From Clostridia bacterium (GTDB taxonomy: Bacteria; Bacillota; Clostridia; Christensenellales; UBA1242), in the NCBI GenBank assembly GCA_017443885.1, contig JAFSXW010000052.1, forward strand, positions 1 through 36,150: a stretch of 36,150 nucleotides of DNA. The letters are read 5' to 3'. Below are positions 26,045 through 34,015 of this stretch, one piece after another. A program made the translations under genes and the position numbers. The notes below the pieces were generated by a model, which worked only from the letters and a program-made list of their open reading frames with translations, was not told the origin of the DNA and ran no database searches. The number at the start of each line of letters is the position of its first letter. Position 1 is the first letter of the stretch.

Positions 26045-27375
26045 TATTTAATATCTTCCTCCCTTTTTGCCTTCACATTAATTTTTATTGGAGTCCCCGA
26101 AAAATCTACTGATTTTCTTATAACATTTTCTAAAAATCTAGTGTAGTTATCTGTGAGTATATTTAAATCATTCACAAAAATAGTAAATGAAGGTGGTTTT
26201 ATTCCCGTTTGTGTTGCATAATATATTTTTAATTTTTTGCCATTTTTACTTGGTGGCGGAGTTGATAGGCAAGCATTTTGAATTAAATCATTTAGTGCAC
26301 CAGTGGTTATCCTTCTGCAAGAATTGTTATAAACTTCTAGCACTGCCTGCATAAGTTTTTCCATTCTCTTCCCAGTGAGAGCAGAAAGGTAAACTGATTT
26401 ATAATAGCTCATAAATGCTAAGTCTATTTTAATTCGTTCTTCAAACTTATTCATGGTTTTAGTGTCTTTCTCAATTAAATCCCACTTATTTAAAACCACC
26501 ACTATTGGTTTTTCTTCTTCAAGAATGAGCCCTGCAATTTTTGTGTCTTGTTCGGTAATTTCTTCGCTAGAATCCACCACCAAAACGCACACATCAGCCC
26601 TTCTTATTGCATCTATCGCCCTAAAAACACTATATCTTTCAACGCTTTCATCTTCTATTTTTGCCTTCCTTCTAAGCCCTGCCGTGTCTATAAGCATAAA
26701 TTTTTGCTTATTATAATTAAATGGAATATCCACCGCATCTCTTGTAGTTCCGGCGATGCTAGAAACTATCACCCTATCTTCGCCAACAAGTCTATTTATT
26801 AAACTAGACTTCCCAGCATTAGGTTTTCCAACTATTGCAATTTTTAAAACATCTTCTGCTTCGGTTTCTATTTCAACCTTATCAAAATTCTCAACAATTT
26901 TATCTAGTAAATCGCCAACACCTTTTCCTTGTGTTGAAGAAATTGGACAAACATCACCAAAACCAAGGTTATAAAAATCATAAATTGCATCGGTATTAAA
27001 ATTATCTAATTTGTTAACAGCAATTATAACTGGCTTTTTGCTTTTCCTAAGTTTAGTAGCAACTTCTTGGTCGCTAGCAACAAGCCCTTCTTTTCCATCA
27101 GCCACAAACACAATAACATCACTCATAGAAAGAGCAATATCCACTTGCCTGATTATATGTTTTGCAAATTCATCATCAGATTTAAGATCAATTCCACCAG
27201 TGTCTACCAAAGAAAAGCGGTGCCCACACCACTCACAATCAGCATAAATTCGGTCTCTGGTTACGCCTGCTTCATCTCTTTCTATGCTTATTCTTTTGCC
27301 TGCAATTCTGTTAAACAAAGTGCTTTTGCCAACATTTGGACGCCCAACTATTGCAACTAATGGAAGTTTAGCCAT
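26044..27375 (-). CDS. der: Ribosome-associated GTPase Der/EngA (double G domain)
   Basis: 443 aa. Two G domains (GRPNVGKSTLFN and GKPNAGKSSLIN, each with DTGG/DTAG and NKxD) and a KH-like C-terminus. Confidence 0.95.
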   Translation of the reverse strand: MAKLPLVAIVGRPNVGKSTLFNRIAGKRISIERDEAGVTRDRIYADCEWCGHRFSLVDTGGIDLKSDDEFAKHIIRQVDIALSMSDVIVFVADGKEGLVASDQEVATKLRKSKKPVIIAVNKLDNFNTDAIYDFYNLGFGDVCPISSTQGKGVGDLLDKIVENFDKVEIETEAEDVLKIAIVGKPNAGKSSLINRLVGEDRVIVSSIAGTTRDAVDIPFNYNKQKFMLIDTAGLRRKAKIEDESVERYSVFRAIDAIRRADVCVLVVDSSEEITEQDTKIAGLILEEEKPIVVVLNKWDLIEKDTKTMNKFEERIKIDLAFMSYYKSVYLSALTGKRMEKLMQAVLEVYNNSCRRITTGALNDLIQNACLSTPPPSKNGKKLKIYYATQTGIKPPSFTIFVNDLNILTDNYTRFLENVIRKSVDFSGTPIKINVKAKREEDIK

Positions 27376-27452
27376 TTTAGTCTCCTATAATTACTATTAA
27401 TTTATTATAAATTAAAAATAAACTTTTAGCAAGAAAAAAACATAAACAAACA

Positions 27453-27481
27453 TTGACAATATAATTATTTTAATTTATACT
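27453..27481 (+). promoter_or_regulatory. Sigma-A type promoter of the 205-aa ORF
   Basis: TTGACA (27453-27458), 17-nt spacer, TATACT (27476-27481). Confidence 0.55.
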
Positions 27482-27506
27482 TTTTATAAGTTAAAAGGAA
27501 ATAATA

Positions 27507-28124
27507 ATGAAAGAAACGAAAAAACTTAAAATTTTAGTAAAAGCCGAAGGAAAATATAAAACATTAACCCTAAGCCAGCTTGAATTTGAAGCAAAACTGC
27601 TTGAAGCGAAAAATAAAGATATTACCAAAAAAATTATTAAACTTGATAACAAAATTGATAAATGGGAAGATGATAAGTTTAATGAAAGTTTGAACGTTGT
27701 AAAAGAGTCAGCTATTTTAGCTGGAACAACCATCACACTCACTGGTGCCACCATGTTGGCCTTTGGCCTTGCAACACAAAGTCCGGGCTTAACACTTGCT
27801 GCTGGTGCCTTATCCTCCATTCCATATGCATTGGTTGGTTTAGGGAATGTTGCAGCTAATATTCATAAACCTGTTAGCCTACCTATTGCCCGAGCATACG
27901 CTAGATTTTTAGGCGATAAAATTGAAATTTTAGGCAAAAAGAAACTTATGGTTGATGAACTTCTGGAAGCAAAGCGCCTAGAGTATGAAAACGACATAGC
28001 CATCCTGGCTGAAATGTATAAAATTTATGTTGAACATGAAGCCAAAAATGGCTCTGTAGTAGTTTCTTCCACTGAAGCTAAAGATCCCCCTCTAGCCGAA
28101 GATGAAGAAGAAAACGCAAAATAA
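27507..28124 (+). CDS. Hypothetical coiled-coil protein with a central Gly/Ala-rich hydrophobic hairpin
   Basis: 205 aa. It has a consensus promoter, an AAGGAA SD and a strong downstream terminator. Heptad-like charged N- and C-terminal parts flank AILAGTTITLTGATMLAFGLATQSPGLTLAAGALSSIPYALVGLG. No family recognised. Confidence 0.6.
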   Translation: MKETKKLKILVKAEGKYKTLTLSQLEFEAKLLEAKNKDITKKIIKLDNKIDKWEDDKFNESLNVVKESAILAGTTITLTGATMLAFGLATQSPGLTLAAGALSSIPYALVGLGNVAANIHKPVSLPIARAYARFLGDKIEILGKKKLMVDELLEAKRLEYENDIAILAEMYKIYVEHEAKNGSVVVSSTEAKDPPLAEDEEENAK

Positions 28125-28154
28125 ATAAATTAAAGTAAACTATAATACAAAACA

Positions 28155-28192
28155 TATAAAAAACCAACCTTTGTTTTAGGTTGGTTTTTTGT
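28155..28192. terminator. Bidirectional terminator between the 205-aa ORF and convergent spoIIP
   Basis: AACCAACCT-ttgtttt-AGGTTGGTT 9-bp stem, flanked by an A-run and a T-run. Confidence 0.8.
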
Positions 28193-28201
28193 TGCCATCT
28201 T

Positions 28202-29404
28202 TTACCCCCTATGCTTTTGCTTAACAAACAATCCTGCAAATAACTCGCTAAAAAAGCGTTTTGTTTTATATCGTGCCGTTTTAGAGAATATGCAAACAAT
28301 TCCTAAAACTATAAAGTAAAACGCTATTGCTCCTAAAAGCACCCAAAGAAATGAGAGTGAAGCATTGCTTTGATTATTTGCAAGCCCAGTAATAACGCCA
28401 GCCTTTCCGTTAGCAGAAGTTAGTCTCACATCATTTAAACTAAGATTACTTGCCCCATTTGAACCATATAAAACAACATCTATAGTTTTTGCAAGGGGCT
28501 CTGTTGAAGCGATGGGCAAATCCTTTTTTATGTTTTCACAACCCATTTCAAAAAGCATGGCGCGTGGTGTTAATTGTTGGTTATAATTACCTTTTCCAAT
28601 AAAAATATCTTTAATTAAATTTGGATAAACTTCATCAGCATAGGCTTTTATCGATTTTGCAAATTCCAAATTTTCTGCACTATTTTGATTTGCTCTTCCA
28701 ACAACCATTCTCACTTTGCTCATTTCCTTGCCATCAACAGTTGTTATATATTCTTTTGCTGGTGTTGAATCACGGTGGATATCAAAAAGTCCATCAAGAT
28801 TATTGTTATTAATTAAAGCCGAGGCAGTAACCTCACTTCTTGTGTATGCACCGCTGTTGTGTGGAAGATGCAAATCCTCACTATAAACAGCACTTATTCC
28901 AAGCTTTCCAAAATTATTTACTAACGCCTTACCAACATCATGAATTCCACCTTTCCCATAAACACTATCATAGCCATCAGAAGGAATATAACTTTCATCA
29001 TTATGCGTGTGGTAAACACCAACAGTTTTTTTCCCTTCAGCAAATGCAGAAGAAATTTTTGAACTAATTTTTTTAGAAATTTTATAAACAGGCATATCTT
29101 CTTCACCGATAAATTTAGCATAACCTGTTTTATTAGCTTCATCAATAGAAACTATTTCATAGCGCTTGTTATCACTGCTTATATACATATCTCCATCTTC
29201 AACTTTATCACCCCTAAAAAACACAACACTAGATTTATCGTCAACATCAAAAATTGTAAAGTAACTCTTTTCCGATCCATTTTTACTTTCAGCATAAGAT
29301 GCCTTTATTGGTTTACTAAACGCACCAAAAAAGGAACATACCACCATCACAATCAAGGTTAACCCTAAAAAAGTTTTTGCTAGTTTTACTTTCTTATTTT
29401 TCAT
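28202..29404 (-). CDS. spoIIP: Stage II sporulation protein P (engulfment peptidoglycan hydrolase) with an extra C-terminal hydrophobic anchor
   Basis: 400 aa. N-terminal TM, the SpoIIP core VGVYHTHNDESYIPS ... FDIHRDS ... MLFEMGCEN, then a C-terminal extension of about 70 aa ending in a TM helix plus a basic tail. GGAG SD upstream. Confidence 0.88.
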   Translation of the reverse strand: MKNKKVKLAKTFLGLTLIVMVVCSFFGAFSKPIKASYAESKNGSEKSYFTIFDVDDKSSVVFFRGDKVEDGDMYISSDNKRYEIVSIDEANKTGYAKFIGEEDMPVYKISKKISSKISSAFAEGKKTVGVYHTHNDESYIPSDGYDSVYGKGGIHDVGKALVNNFGKLGISAVYSEDLHLPHNSGAYTRSEVTASALINNNNLDGLFDIHRDSTPAKEYITTVDGKEMSKVRMVVGRANQNSAENLEFAKSIKAYADEVYPNLIKDIFIGKGNYNQQLTPRAMLFEMGCENIKKDLPIASTEPLAKTIDVVLYGSNGASNLSLNDVRLTSANGKAGVITGLANNQSNASLSFLWVLLGAIAFYFIVLGIVCIFSKTARYKTKRFFSELFAGLFVKQKHRG

Positions 29405-29448
29405 AAAAACTCCATTTGTTTTTTATTTTTTTTTGCAAAATAGAACTA

Positions 29449-29476
29449 AATATATGTTATTTTCTAGTAATTATTA
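29449..29476 (-). promoter_or_regulatory. Sigma-E-like promoter upstream of spoIIP
   Basis: Minus strand: TAATAAT (29476-29470), 13-nt spacer, CATATATT (29456-29449; 7 of 8 to CATACAHT). The spacer is 1 nt short of the remembered optimum. It overlaps the stop codon of the upstream gene. Confidence 0.35.
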
Positions 29477-30217
29477 ATCATTTTTAGTAAAATTTGCATT
29501 TTTTATTTCATGCATATTTATTGCATCTGCTGTTTTTATTTCACTCGTTTTATATCTAAGCCTTCCATTTTTAACACTATCATAAGTACTGGTTTCAAAA
29601 TTAAATTTTTTAATTTCTTTATTTATTGTTGCATTTTCAAACGCTCTACCCATAAATTCTGCTAGTGCCACGCTTAATAATATTGCAATGATTAAAGTTG
29701 AAAAAGCACCCCCAACTCCAAGCCCCAATTTTGTTGGCGTCCCTAGGCTTAAATTTACAATAAATTGAATTAATTGGCTAAGGCTCACACCTAAAACAGC
29801 ACAAATAAAAGCATTCCTTCTGCTTCTGCCCAAAATGTAGGCAACCAATCCAGCAACTAGTCCATATATAATGCTAGGTGAAATTAATAACTCCTCTGGA
29901 TCAGCTGGCATTACCCATTCTAGGCCATAGATAATTCCCGCCGTTAAAATTGTGCCAATAATTGCACGCAGCAAATCACGAGAAAACCCAACCATAATAA
30001 GCAGATAAATAGTTATGCCAAGCGGAATTAAAAACCCACCAACACTAAAACTAACTAGCCCAATTTCTATTGGCGGAATAATAAGTCCTATTGCTATTGC
30101 AAGTAACAATATAATAGCCTGCTTATCATTAAGCCTTAACTGGTCTAATATTCTTTGCCCCAGCCCTAGCATTAATAAAATAATAATCGCTGATAATATC
30201 CATAAACTCACACTCAT
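29474..30217 (-). CDS. Polytopic membrane protein of unknown function
   Basis: The track ORF runs to 30301. The ATG at 30217 (MSVSLWILSAI) has GAGG 9 nt upstream. It has six or more hydrophobic helices and a polar C-terminal tail of about 50 aa. I do not recognise the family with confidence. Confidence 0.6.
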   Translation of the reverse strand: MSVSLWILSAIIILLMLGLGQRILDQLRLNDKQAIILLLAIAIGLIIPPIEIGLVSFSVGGFLIPLGITIYLLIMVGFSRDLLRAIIGTILTAGIIYGLEWVMPADPEELLISPSIIYGLVAGLVAYILGRSRRNAFICAVLGVSLSQLIQFIVNLSLGTPTKLGLGVGGAFSTLIIAILLSVALAEFMGRAFENATINKEIKKFNFETSTYDSVKNGRLRYKTSEIKTADAINMHEIKNANFTKND

Positions 30218-30343
30218 TTTATAAAACCTCATTTTTAGCATGCGGATATTTCGTGTTTTTATTCGTAAAAAGATAACTTTTGAAAAATTTAAATTAAACA
30301 ATTCTGTTTTTATATAAGAACACTATATAAAATTATGTGAAAT

Positions 30344-30369
30344 AAAAAACGCCAAAAGTGGCGTTTTTA
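30344..30369 (-). terminator. Intrinsic terminator downstream of the pseudouridine synthase gene
   Basis: Minus strand: ACGCCA-cttt-TGGCGT followed by TTTTTTATTT. Confidence 0.7.
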
Positions 30370-30388
30370 TGGCGTTTTTTGCTAATAT

Positions 30389-31264
30389 TTAATTGAATTT
30401 TGCGTTTTTTGCTAATATATTTTTCTCATTTAAATAACTTAAAACATTATCTTCATTAAAACGAAACTTTATCTTATATGCAAATAGTAATTGAGTTTTT
30501 TCTTTAAATTTTTTATTAATTTCATTTTTACCATATTTCCCATCTCCAATTATTGGATAGCCTAAATATGATAAATGAGCTCTTATTTGATGCGTCTTGC
30601 CATTATGAATTCTAATTTCCAGAAGTGTTTTATCATTATCATCTTTTAAAGGCTTTATGTGTGTTTCAATTTTTGTGTAGCCCTTTTGCATATTGTTTGA
30701 AATAATTGCAAGGCTCTTTTTAGCATCTTTAAATAAATATGCAGTGTATGTTTTCTCTTCCCCTTTATATTTGGGAGCCACCCACGCAAGATAAAACTTT
30801 TCTATTTTATTCTCTTTTGTGGCTTTTTTTAATAAGTCTAATGTTTCTTCGTTTTTTGCCAGCATCAAAAGCCCCATTGTGTTTCTATCGAGCCTATGAA
30901 CCGCTTTAACATTTGCCCCTTTGTTATTTAAAATTTCTTCACATGAATTTTTACCACAACTTTCTATTCCGCTCGGCTTGTTTACAATAAGTAGATTATC
31001 ATCTTCATAAATAGTTTCAAGCAAAGCCTCATTATTTTTTAGGTTTTGTTTTATGAAATTTTCGGAGCAAAAATAAGAAATAACATCTCCATTTTTTGTT
31101 GCCATATTAAAATGAATGCGTTTGTCATTTAATTTTACATCTTTATTCTTAAGCAATATGTTCACAATTTTTTTCGTAATCATATTATTTGAATTAACAA
31201 TCTCGCAAACAACATCACTGTTTTTTTTGCAAACAATTTTTTGAACATTGTTTTGTGCACCCAT
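30389..31264 (-). CDS. RluA-family 23S rRNA/tRNA pseudouridine synthase (RluD-like, degenerate S4 N-terminus)
   Basis: Catalytic HRLDRNTMGLL and GKTHQIRAHLSYLGYPIIGDGKYG motifs. The track start is 31279. The ATG at 31264 (MGAQNN) has GGAG 9 nt upstream. Either start overlaps the feoB 3' end in another frame. My hand count puts the stop codon at 30390-30392, 1 nt off the ORF-track end at 30389; I could not resolve this, so treat the 3' end as +/-1 nt. Confidence 0.8.
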   Translation of the reverse strand: MGAQNNVQKIVCKKNSDVVCEIVNSNNMITKKIVNILLKNKDVKLNDKRIHFNMATKNGDVISYFCSENFIKQNLKNNEALLETIYEDDNLLIVNKPSGIESCGKNSCEEILNNKGANVKAVHRLDRNTMGLLMLAKNEETLDLLKKATKENKIEKFYLAWVAPKYKGEEKTYTAYLFKDAKKSLAIISNNMQKGYTKIETHIKPLKDDNDKTLLEIRIHNGKTHQIRAHLSYLGYPIIGDGKYGKNEINKKFKEKTQLLFAYKIKFRFNEDNVLSYLNEKNILAKNAKFN

Positions 31265-33170
31265 AACATTTTTCTCCATTGCTCTTATTATATTTTATCA
31301 TAAAACTTACAACCACTGCAACTATTAAAATTATAAGCGACACACAAATTAATTTTAAAAATTCCCCATTAGATATCAGAAGCACTATCAGCGAGGCAAA
31401 ATATGCCACTCCTAATTGAATAGCAAGGCTTTTAATTAAAAACCACCCTCCAAACTCTTGTTTTGTTACAGCCATTGCACTTATACATACTGGATATAAC
31501 AGCACAAACACTAAAAAGGCTAAGGCGCTTGCCACCGAAAAATTTAAAGTTCCCGACCCCGCAATTATTATGCTTTGTAGCCCAGCAACACTTGTTGCCC
31601 CACTAGCAAGCATTAAAACACTAATAATAGTTTCTTTTGCAACAAGGCCTGCAATTATTGCCAATATTATTGCCGAACTAAACCCTAATGGACTAAAAAT
31701 TGGTTTTAATAAACTACTTATTCCTCCTGCAATAGAGTTTTCACTAAACACTTCAACGAACTCAAATGAAACACTAAATCTAGACATAAACCAAATAACA
31801 ACGCTGGCAATAATTATAACCCCACCTATTCTTTTTATAAAATCTAACGCATTATTTAGCATGTCCCTAAGTATCTTTGGCAGATAAGGCATTTTTAATC
31901 GTGGCATTTCTAGGATAAAACTATTATTAACTTTTTCTTTTGATAGTTTGAAAGTTAAATAAGAGATTAAAACGCTCACTAAAAAGCCAAGCAAATATAA
32001 TAAAATTACAACTAGAAATTTATTATCATTAAAAAAACACGAACACAGCAATGCAAAAATAGGAAGTTTTGCACTGCAAGTGTAATACGGCAAAATTAAT
32101 GCCGTGCGTTTCCTTATGTTGCCGTTTTCAATATTTCTGGTTGTAAGCATAGCATTCGTTGTGCAACCAAAGCCAAAAAGCAAACTAAAAACTGCCCTGC
32201 CAGATAATCCTATTTTAGAAAGAAACCCATCAAAAACAAATGCAACTCTAGATAAATATCCAGTGTCTTCAAGCAAACTAATAAAGAAGTGAAGCATGAT
32301 TATTTGTGGCAAAAATGATAAAACTGAACACACACTCGCAATGAGCCCATCTCTAAAAAATGAAACCACTACTCCATTGCCATTTCTCATAAAAGGAAAA
32401 ATACTATAGCATAAAAAAGAAAATAAACCTGCAAAAAAATTTGAACATGTTTGTCCAATATATCCAAATGTGATAAAAAACATCGTAAGAAAAATTATCA
32501 AAAAAGAACTAATTGCAAACCATGGTTTAAACAATAGAGAATCAAATTTGTTTAGATTGTAATTAATAATTTTATAGTTACAATGGCTTAAAATTTTTTC
32601 TATCTTTTTATACAAAAACTCTGTTTGATTCAATATTTCTTCTTCTATTTTAAAAGTTGTAGAAATGTTATATTTCTGCATTTTTAGTGTGTTATAATCA
32701 AAATTTTGTAAAAAATTTAATAATTTATTGCATTTTTTGCGTTTTCTTGCATCTATTAAAAAACATTTTGCGTCGATTTCTTTTTCTAGTTTTATGCACA
32801 GTTCATCTGCATTTTTAAAGCCGCCAGTGTTATTTATAACCAAACAAAAAGGCACACCCATTTCTTTTAACTGCAAAGCTAAAAACAAATTTCTTTTTAA
32901 ATTATTAATATCACATAAATACACAACCAGTGCATCTGAATTTTCTTTTAAAAATTTTAGGCTTATTTTTTCTTCTGGAGAAAATGAACTAGTTGAATAA
33001 AAGCCAGGGATGTCGTATATATAAATATCTTTGCTTGCAAGTAGTTTTGCGTTTTTAACATCAACGGTTACTCCACCATAATTTGATGCCTTTTCATTAC
33101 TATTTGTGAGCGTATTGTAAAGAGTTGTTTTCCCCGTATTTGGGTTCCCAACCAAAATAATCTTCTTCAT
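31215..33170 (-). CDS. feoB: Ferrous iron transporter FeoB, fused at its C-terminus to a Cys-rich single-TM module
   Basis: 651 aa. G domain MKKIILVGNPNTGKTTLYN, a polytopic permease, and a final 49 aa of EFLKLICVSLIILIVAVVVSFMIKYNKSNGEKCYGCTKQCSKNCLQKKQ. ATGA overlap with feoA. Confidence 0.92.
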   Translation of the reverse strand: MKKIILVGNPNTGKTTLYNTLTNSNEKASNYGGVTVDVKNAKLLASKDIYIYDIPGFYSTSSFSPEEKISLKFLKENSDALVVYLCDINNLKRNLFLALQLKEMGVPFCLVINNTGGFKNADELCIKLEKEIDAKCFLIDARKRKKCNKLLNFLQNFDYNTLKMQKYNISTTFKIEEEILNQTEFLYKKIEKILSHCNYKIINYNLNKFDSLLFKPWFAISSFLIIFLTMFFITFGYIGQTCSNFFAGLFSFLCYSIFPFMRNGNGVVVSFFRDGLIASVCSVLSFLPQIIMLHFFISLLEDTGYLSRVAFVFDGFLSKIGLSGRAVFSLLFGFGCTTNAMLTTRNIENGNIRKRTALILPYYTCSAKLPIFALLCSCFFNDNKFLVVILLYLLGFLVSVLISYLTFKLSKEKVNNSFILEMPRLKMPYLPKILRDMLNNALDFIKRIGGVIIIASVVIWFMSRFSVSFEFVEVFSENSIAGGISSLLKPIFSPLGFSSAIILAIIAGLVAKETIISVLMLASGATSVAGLQSIIIAGSGTLNFSVASALAFLVFVLLYPVCISAMAVTKQEFGGWFLIKSLAIQLGVAYFASLIVLLISNGEFLKLICVSLIILIVAVVVSFMIKYNKSNGEKCYGCTKQCSKNCLQKKQ

Positions 33171-33391
33171 ATTGCTTTAACCTCTATTGCTTTTGAAACA
33201 TCATTGCCAAGTGCAACATTTAGTGAATCACAATTTATTAGAATTGGCATATTTTTTGTGGCAGGTTTAACCACATAAATTGTTGCCCCTATAAAGAGCC
33301 CCAAATTTAACACCCGAAAAAATAATTCATTATGAAGATTAATTTTGTTTATCTGATATTTTTGCCCCTTTTTTGCATCTATTAATTTCAT
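33167..33391 (-). CDS. feoA: FeoA family protein
   Basis: 74 aa, SH3-like FeoA pattern (G.KY.I..I......R.L.LG...G..I.V). 4-nt overlap with feoB. No SD upstream (see findings). Confidence 0.8.
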   Translation of the reverse strand: MKLIDAKKGQKYQINKINLHNELFFRVLNLGLFIGATIYVVKPATKNMPILINCDSLNVALGNDVSKAIEVKAI

Positions 33392-33426
33392 ATTAAATTT
33401 TATTATTTTGTTTTTGTTTTTATTCT

Positions 33427-33456
33427 AAAAAAAATAAGCCTATCAAATAGGCTTAT
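33427..33456 (-). terminator. Intrinsic terminator downstream of nrdR
   Basis: ATAAGCCTA-tcaaa-TAGGCTTAT 9-bp stem. On the minus strand it is followed by eight U residues. Confidence 0.8.
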
Positions 33457-33465
33457 TTTAACTAT

Positions 33466-33957
33466 TTATTTTTGAGTTTTTGATTTTCTTTTTGTTTTTG
33501 GTCTTGCGCTTTGCTCATAAGATAAAAGAAAATCATAAAATGTGGAAATATCTTTAAATTGCTTATACACAGATGCAAAGCGAACATAGCTTACTTCATC
33601 TAATTGCTTTAAGCCATCCATAACAAATTCCCCAATTTTTTTAGATGAAATTTCTTCTTGCATGGTGTTATAAACTTTTCTTTCAATTTCATTAACAAGT
33701 GTGTCTATTTCTTGCATGCTAACTGGACGCTTTTCGCAAGCCCTCATAATTCCTGCCTTTATCTTATCAATGCTAAATGCTTGCCTTGTGCCATCATTTT
33801 TAACAACAAGCATTGGCACAACTTCAACTTTTTCATAAGTGTTAAAGCGTTTTCCACATTTAATGCATTCTCTTCTTCTTTTTATGGCATTTGTTTCTTC
33901 AACTGCCCTGCTATCTATAACTTTACTCTCTTCTGATCCGCAATAAATACATTTCAT
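33466..33957 (-). CDS. nrdR: Transcriptional repressor NrdR (zinc ribbon + ATP-cone)
   Basis: MKCIYCGSEESKVIDSR ... RRRECIKCGKRFNTYE zinc ribbon, followed by an ATP-cone. 163 aa. GAGGG SD upstream. Confidence 0.95.
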   Translation of the reverse strand: MKCIYCGSEESKVIDSRAVEETNAIKRRRECIKCGKRFNTYEKVEVVPMLVVKNDGTRQAFSIDKIKAGIMRACEKRPVSMQEIDTLVNEIERKVYNTMQEEISSKKIGEFVMDGLKQLDEVSYVRFASVYKQFKDISTFYDFLLSYEQSARPKTKRKSKTQK

Positions 33958-33986
33958 AAAGAACCCTCTTTTGTGTCTTTTTATTT

Positions 33987-34015
33987 AGTTTAACACAATA
34001 TTTTGTGCTTTGCAA
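33987..34015 (-). promoter_or_regulatory. Sigma-A type promoter of nrdR
   Basis: Minus strand: TTGCAA (34015-34010), 17-nt spacer, TAAACT (33992-33987). Confidence 0.5.
33993..34008. promoter_or_regulatory. Candidate NrdR box filling the nrdR promoter spacer
   Basis: ACACAATATTTTGTGC matches 14 of 16 positions of the palindromic NrdR-box consensus as I recall it (acaCwAtATaTwGtgt). Confidence 0.5.

Noticed and set aside
27491-27820. 109-aa minus-strand ORF overlapping the 205-aa plus-strand ORF
   Set aside because: The plus-strand ORF has a consensus promoter, an SD and a terminator. The minus-strand ORF has none of these and is a hydrophobic, low-complexity mirror frame.
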